From a virus (lineage: Duplodnaviria; Heunggongvirae; Uroviricota; Caudoviricetes), in IMG/VR virus record IMGVR_UViG_3300028887_000001, positions 28,088 to 92,087 of that record: a stretch of 64,000 bases of DNA. One strand, 5' to 3'. The translations under genes were made by a program, and so were the position numbers. The notes beneath the pieces are model-generated. The model saw only the letters and a program-made list of their open reading frames with translations, was not told where the DNA came from and did no database searches. This document shows, piece after piece, positions 58,815 to 64,000 of the stretch (its first letter is position 1; every line of letters starts with the position of its first letter).

Positions 58815-59129
58815 ATGACAGAAAAACAGAAAGAAGCAATTAAAGTCTTGAACTCAATCAAGGACAAGATTTCCGAAGATGATTATTTCGCACTTATGGA
58901 TTTCATCATCCAGGAACACGTGAGGACAGAGTATTATCCTTGGCCGTACAAAGAAACAGAGCCGTCTAAACCGTGGACAACTTGGCCAGATACAGCAAGC
59001 CCATGGGTAAGCAACCCGATTTACACAACGACTAGCAGTACGTTTAATAACACATCAGTCACAACAAGTAAAGAGGGAGAACAATATTGTCATCAAACAC
59101 AGCAAAATGACTATTCAGGAAAGAATTGA
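58815..59129 (+). CDS. hypothetical protein (Pro/Thr/Trp-rich tail)
   Basis: ATG ORF. Confidence 0.65.
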   Translation: MTEKQKEAIKVLNSIKDKISEDDYFALMDFIIQEHVRTEYYPWPYKETEPSKPWTTWPDTASPWVSNPIYTTTSSTFNNTSVTTSKEGEQYCHQTQQNDYSGKN

Positions 59130-59502
59130 TAGTGGCTTGATTCGTTCAGGTTATAAAATTGGTTATAGAGAAGGAACAATGGAGGAGTTATTAAAAGACT
59201 TCCCATTGCTCTCTGACTCTTTGAAGGTTGTTTATTTATATGGCCACAAAAAGATTGCCATATTGAAAGACTTGAATAGAGAAAAATTCTATGTGTTATA
59301 TTTGTTCACAGAAAAGAACTCTTATTGTATTCACATATGTGACAACTATCTTGGGTGTGGAGAATCATCAAGATATCAAGAACCATTGGAAGATTGGACA
59401 AGAGGAAGAGACTTACCAGACGGAAAATGTAACCTGGAGACGTGGAATCGAATACTCTGGGCAATCATAGGAAGTGAACTCGTTGATTATGATACCAAAT
59501 AA
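59107..59502 (+). CDS. phage hypothetical protein (YLGC..EDWTRGxDLPDG)
   Basis: recognisable phage motif. Confidence 0.7.
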   Translation: MTIQERIDSGLIRSGYKIGYREGTMEELLKDFPLLSDSLKVVYLYGHKKIAILKDLNREKFYVLYLFTEKNSYCIHICDNYLGCGESSRYQEPLEDWTRGRDLPDGKCNLETWNRILWAIIGSELVDYDTK

Positions 59503-59514
59503 AGAACAAATAAA

Positions 59515-60603
59515 ATGTCTAATTTAGAAGAAATAGTTAAAAACGTTATTGATAATGAACTTTCAATAAATGAAGATAAGGAAGTTTTTTCTCACATATG
59601 TTGTTCACCATCAAAGCCAGACATGGATGGTATTGGTAAGAAATGGAAGGTTTTCCTTGCCGGGCCAATACAGGGTGCGGAATCTTGGCAACACGAGGTT
59701 CCAAAGGTTGATAATGTAATATTTTTCTCCCCAAGGAGGAGGTCATATAGCAATTTCTCATACGAAGAACAGATAAAGTGGGAAAAGAAATGGCTTAATC
59801 TGTGTGATGTTATTATAATGTGGATTCCTGAGGAGGCTGAGCATGTTGAAGGGAGAAGTTATGCTCAAACGACAAGAACTGAGTTTGGTGAATACCTTGC
59901 TCTTGGTAAGAAGATAATATTTGGGTGTTATGACCAGTTTCCTGGAAAGAGGTATTTCAAAACGAAGCTTGAAGAGTATGGCGTTGATTCTAACATCCAT
60001 CGTTCACTTGATTCTTGCATAAATGCATTGGAGGAATACATCAAGTCGTGTGAGGAAACCCCACAAACGTGGTTTACGTCAGACACACACTTTGGTGACA
60101 GCAGAGCCTGGGAGTTGTCAAGAAGGCCATTTAAGAGTGTAGAGGCAATGGACTTGTATATGATGAGGAAGTGGAATGACAATGTTAAGCCGTGTGATAC
60201 GATTTATCATCTTGGTGACTTTGGTAAAAATGAAGATGAATATGTTCCATTCTTAAATGGAAAGAAAATACTTGTTTATGGTAATTACGAAAGGGATGAT
60301 AAGTACCAGGCAGTTGACAGTCTATTTGACAAGACATATAAACAAAGTGTAATAGTGTCAATCGGAGATAAGAAATATTGCCTATGTCATGAGCCATTAA
60401 GAGGAAGAAGTGTAATGAATAAGCACAAGGAATTATATGGTTGCATATTCGGCCACATTCATGGCAGAAGCAAAGTGAAACAATTCAGGGCTGTTGATGT
60501 CGGTGTTGATAGTTGGAATTATAAGCCAATGAGCATTGACGATTGTAATTTCTTTATTAACGCTGTTGATAAGGGTTATTATGATGGTAACGTTTGGTGT
60601 TGA
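59515..60603 (+). CDS. nucleoside 2-deoxyribosyltransferase-like + calcineurin-like metallophosphoesterase fusion
   Basis: VFLAG..WQ..SPRR..QIxWE..TRxEFG then SDTHFG, HLGDF, GNYE, HEP, GHIH. Confidence 0.8.
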   Translation: MSNLEEIVKNVIDNELSINEDKEVFSHICCSPSKPDMDGIGKKWKVFLAGPIQGAESWQHEVPKVDNVIFFSPRRRSYSNFSYEEQIKWEKKWLNLCDVIIMWIPEEAEHVEGRSYAQTTRTEFGEYLALGKKIIFGCYDQFPGKRYFKTKLEEYGVDSNIHRSLDSCINALEEYIKSCEETPQTWFTSDTHFGDSRAWELSRRPFKSVEAMDLYMMRKWNDNVKPCDTIYHLGDFGKNEDEYVPFLNGKKILVYGNYERDDKYQAVDSLFDKTYKQSVIVSIGDKKYCLCHEPLRGRSVMNKHKELYGCIFGHIHGRSKVKQFRAVDVGVDSWNYKPMSIDDCNFFINAVDKGYYDGNVWC

Positions 60604-60636
60604 AAAAAATAATGCGGCCAGAAATGACCGCATTTA

Positions 60637-61458
60637 TTATTTTCCTTTCTTTATCCAGTCCTCAAAGCCACCATCTTTAATCATATCCCAATCTTTGTAT
60701 ATGTTCCCATACATATCGATTAAGACATCATTAACGTAGCATCTATTGCCGTATGTCACGCTACTATGTTCAAGCCCTCTATGATAGCATATAACCTTAT
60801 AAGCATCATCGGAATAAAACTCAGAATTACATACCAGGCAATTACTGCTTTTCTCGTACCGGAAATTGGTTAAGAAAAATTCAGACCACTTATCCCTATT
60901 CTTTAGTGTGTCGGTTGTTATGGTTCTGTAATCGGCCCTGAAATTAATCATCCTGTATGGTGTTGCCCAATAATCAATAAAATCCAAAACCTGTTTATTG
61001 TTGTATTCATCCTTAATAAGACAATTTATTCTGACGAGTTTTTTTATTTTATCGATAACATCTTTCTCACAAACACTAATACTATAATCAAGGCCAATAT
61101 GCCTGGAAATATTTAGACCATATATTTTCTTTTCTGAATTTATATAGTCTATAATTTCATCTATGTTATTTAATTTTGGCAATGTTGTGTTTATAAAGAC
61201 CTTTTTCTCCATTCTGGATATTATCTTTTGCGTAATACCAAGATTAAAGAATGGCTCACCACCGGTTAAAACGAACTCAGAAATGTTGTCATTCTTATTT
61301 ACATAATCAATCCACTTCAATATCCCATCAAGATATTTGTCATCATAAACATAACCACCATAAAGTTTATTCGTGTTACAGAACGGACAATTGTTTCCAC
61401 ACTTAAATGGAACAAATATCGTACACGCTAAATTCCCCCTGCCACTATAGAACAACAT
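60637..61458 (-). CDS. radical SAM protein
   Basis: CGNNCPFC (CxxxCxxC), TGGEP. Confidence 0.88.
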   Translation of the reverse strand: MLFYSGRGNLACTIFVPFKCGNNCPFCNTNKLYGGYVYDDKYLDGILKWIDYVNKNDNISEFVLTGGEPFFNLGITQKIISRMEKKVFINTTLPKLNNIDEIIDYINSEKKIYGLNISRHIGLDYSISVCEKDVIDKIKKLVRINCLIKDEYNNKQVLDFIDYWATPYRMINFRADYRTITTDTLKNRDKWSEFFLTNFRYEKSSNCLVCNSEFYSDDAYKVICYHRGLEHSSVTYGNRCYVNDVLIDMYGNIYKDWDMIKDGGFEDWIKKGK

Positions 61459-61472
61459 ATATAACTTAATTT

Positions 61473-62096
61473 TTATTTACCAATTCCAATTATTTCGTTG
61501 GGTAGCAATTCCACGTCATTATCAAGTTCATAAATACCCTCATCAGCCCTATAACCAACAATTTTACCAGTCTTTATTTCTCCTTTGTTATAATAGAATA
61601 CGCTATCATATATCTTTGGCTCAAACCTCACTTCATCACCATAGTCTGGTGGGGTTGGTGTGTCATCATAGAGTTCATAATCCTTGTCGGCACACTCAAA
61701 AGGTAAATCTTCCTCACTGTTACAATAAGAATGCTTACAGTGATATTCTTGATTATCTAAATCAATACCGATGATGTCATAGACGCGATGTGAACTGAAT
61801 CTATTCTCAATCTTGTCACCAACCTTGAACTTTGTTTCAGGTTTTTTCTCCTCTTCAGTTTTTTTACCTGAAAAACGGTCAAAGCACTCATCAGCCTGTT
61901 CGATGAGGAAATAGTTGTCCTTATACGCATCATACCTCATATTATCTCTTATTGAATTCGTGATGTTTACAATGTACTTCAAAAAATTGAAATCCACCTC
62001 ATAGTACATCATCCCATGAAGATGAAGATATAACATTGCAATTTCAAATTGTTTCTTCGGGTCTTCTACGCTCTCAAGTTGTTCTCTTGTAATCAT
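61473..62096 (-). CDS. multi-module hypothetical protein (KFKVGD module)
   Basis: ATG ORF. Confidence 0.7.
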   Translation of the reverse strand: MITREQLESVEDPKKQFEIAMLYLHLHGMMYYEVDFNFLKYIVNITNSIRDNMRYDAYKDNYFLIEQADECFDRFSGKKTEEEKKPETKFKVGDKIENRFSSHRVYDIIGIDLDNQEYHCKHSYCNSEEDLPFECADKDYELYDDTPTPPDYGDEVRFEPKIYDSVFYYNKGEIKTGKIVGYRADEGIYELDNDVELLPNEIIGIGK

Positions 62097-62110
62097 ATTC
62101 TCTTTCTTTT

Positions 62111-62479
62111 TTATCTTTCGTCCTCAGGAACCAAATCCTTTACCTTACTAATACCATTTTCTACATATTCACACATGTGGAAACAGTCTTCCTGCATAGA
62201 GTCCAAATCACACTTGATGTCGCTAAGCATTTCATATACATCAGTTATTTCAGCATATGTCTTATATTCATTTTCACCTAAGGCAAAACGTAAAACAGAG
62301 GCAATTTCATCAGATACCTCTAACTTCTTAAAGGTATCAAAACCATCTCTCTCGTTTATGCTTTTTACTTTTGCATCAATCTCTTGCTCCGTATGACCTT
62401 TCGAAATAAAATATTCAAGGGTCTTAATACTCCTGATTCTGTCATGGTCTTCGTAATCGTATGTAATGTAAATTTTCAT
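62111..62479 (-). CDS. hypothetical protein
   Basis: coupled ORF. Confidence 0.7.
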   Translation of the reverse strand: MKIYITYDYEDHDRIRSIKTLEYFISKGHTEQEIDAKVKSINERDGFDTFKKLEVSDEIASVLRFALGENEYKTYAEITDVYEMLSDIKCDLDSMQEDCFHMCEYVENGISKVKDLVPEDER

Positions 62480-62958
62480 GTTTCTTTTTCCTCCAACATT
62501 TTAATTAATAGATATTCACTGGTTTCGCCAAATTTTTCAAATAAGTCCTTCTCATCAACCTCAATTTCTTTCTCATTAGGCCAATCCTTGACAACGGTAA
62601 ATTCATCATCAAAACAATACCGATATTTAGCAGATTCTGTGTCAATGTCAGTAAATAATTCTTTTAAATCCTTAGTCGGAGACAGTTCTGCTAAAATAAA
62701 ACGAGAAGTCATGAAACAACAGATTGGGCAATAATCTTCTTTAACCTCAGGATGCTCTGGCAATATATAGAACAAGCAGCCACTTCTGATATAAGTTATC
62801 TTTATCTTATGCCAATGTTCCCCTGTTGTTTTGTATACCTCGCTATTTCCGGTAAAGAAATACCAATATTCATCACCAACCTTAATATGCGATTGGTACT
62901 TATCCCTACCATATAGTTCGCTTAACATCGTAGAGAAAAATAGTTTCTTAATTTTCAT
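62476..62958 (-). CDS. hypothetical protein
   Basis: coupled ORF. Confidence 0.7.
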   Translation of the reverse strand: MKIKKLFFSTMLSELYGRDKYQSHIKVGDEYWYFFTGNSEVYKTTGEHWHKIKITYIRSGCLFYILPEHPEVKEDYCPICCFMTSRFILAELSPTKDLKELFTDIDTESAKYRYCFDDEFTVVKDWPNEKEIEVDEKDLFEKFGETSEYLLIKMLEEKET

Positions 62959-62963
62959 ATTTT

Positions 62964-63329
62964 TTACTTATACATTTCTTCAGGTGCTTCAATAGCAAGT
63001 CCTTTTGGAATGAGTCCACGATAGTCAAAGTGATGAGCATTATACCAATCAAATGTTTCATAAGTATTGGTATCATACTCTCCACAAGGATAAAATGTGC
63101 GGTCTAAATCTTTCTTCTCTCTATTTGTCATACTTGACATTGAGCGAAGATATGGTTTAACATTCCACCTTTCTATTTCTTCTGCGTATTGAGCGAGACT
63201 ATTGATGGTTAAAACTTCATTGGGTCTTGGATACTTTGGGTCAAAATAATCATCATGATGGATAATTACACCATAAGGCAACCTTGCACATAAATCTTTT
63301 AATAGTAAATCTTTTTCTTCTTGTGTCAT
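62964..63329 (-). CDS. paralog family A protein
   Basis: MTQEEKDLLLKDLCARLPYGV..HHFDYRGLI. Confidence 0.82.
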   Translation of the reverse strand: MTQEEKDLLLKDLCARLPYGVIIHHDDYFDPKYPRPNEVLTINSLAQYAEEIERWNVKPYLRSMSSMTNREKKDLDRTFYPCGEYDTNTYETFDWYNAHHFDYRGLIPKGLAIEAPEEMYK

Positions 63330-63531
63330 AACTCAATTTCTTTTCAATTCCACAAAGTCATACTTATTTATATTAATATGTTATATAATCAGAACATTCT
63401 GAAATACAATCATTACCCAATAATATCCTCACTGTTATTTCATAACCATTATCACAGTATTTATTATCTGCAACAATTGCTATTTTCAAGTTATCTTTCA
63501 AAAACTGTACTAATTCTTCTTGTGTCATAGT

Positions 63532-63714
63532 TTATTGTTTGTCTTTTACTCCGAATTCAAGATAATCTGAAATTACAGTATAAAGTATGTATCCCGACCC
63601 AACACCTGAAATCATAATTGCCCACCAAGCAGCGTGTGCCCAACATGCAAACATAAAAATACCGAGTTGAATGATACAAAGTAGTATCATAAGGAAATAA
63701 TATTCTTTACTCAT
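63532..63714 (-). CDS. small membrane protein
   Basis: two hydrophobic segments. Confidence 0.55.
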   Translation of the reverse strand: MSKEYYFLMILLCIIQLGIFMFACWAHAAWWAIMISGVGSGYILYTVISDYLEFGVKDKQ

Positions 63715-64000
63715 GCTATTCTCCTTTCTGTGCTTTTAATCCAAGTTCATAGAAGTGTTTAGAAGTTTCTTTTATATAATCCAAAAATTCATCATCATTT
63801 GGAAAACCGTAATCAAACCACAAATTAATTTCTTTCTCTAAGTCCACTTTCGATTCTTTCTCCAGTGATTCGATAAAGTCAAGAATTTGTGTTAGAGCAT
63901 TACACGCACCATAATCGGCAGGGTTATTATTCCCTTTTATGTGGTAATCTTCAAAGTGGATTTTCTTTCGCCTTTCAATCTCGGCTTTAATCTTTTCAAT

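Noticed and set aside
1-64000. Stop-codon reassignment (TAG->Gln as in Lak megaphages)
   Set aside because: Genes pack densely under the standard code, long ORFs are uninterrupted, TAG ends genes at plausible points, and no suppressor tRNA was seen

Overview
64 kb from a large, AT-rich dsDNA phage genome, probably a jumbo phage of a Bacteroidota host. The host is inferred from many TTTG-N~20-TAnnTTTG sigma-A promoters. The standard genetic code fits well, and no core capsid or replication genes are present. Layout: (i) 1-9.9 kb, a minus-strand array of small-gene cassettes, most behind a near-identical early promoter; (ii) 9.9-10.7 kb, a divergent non-coding zone holding a GC-richer ~360-nt segment rich in potential helices; (iii) 11.8-13.3 kb, a tRNA cluster including tRNA-Leu(UAA) split by a 494-nt group I intron, plus two atypical tRNA-like genes; (iv) 14-28.5 kb, about ten unrelated proteins sharing an N-terminal 'IRLTESDLHRIIRESVxxxLxE' leader, mostly preceded by a TATTTAT box and often followed by an AAGCACC..GGTGCTT hairpin; (v) 25-64 kb, a dense run of small, often paralogous accessory genes (phosphatase, HD hydrolase, cysteine hydrolase, YqeY, ASCH, radical SAM, NDT-like/metallophosphoesterase fusion, LRR protein) and two IS200/IS605-family elements that share ends but carry dissimilar TnpBs. 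The best candidate for an undescribed system is region (iv), interpreted as a putative capsid-targeting signal that loads diverse cargo, including ADP-ribosyltransferase-like domains, into the virion. All protein calls come from motif recognition by eye; no searches were run.
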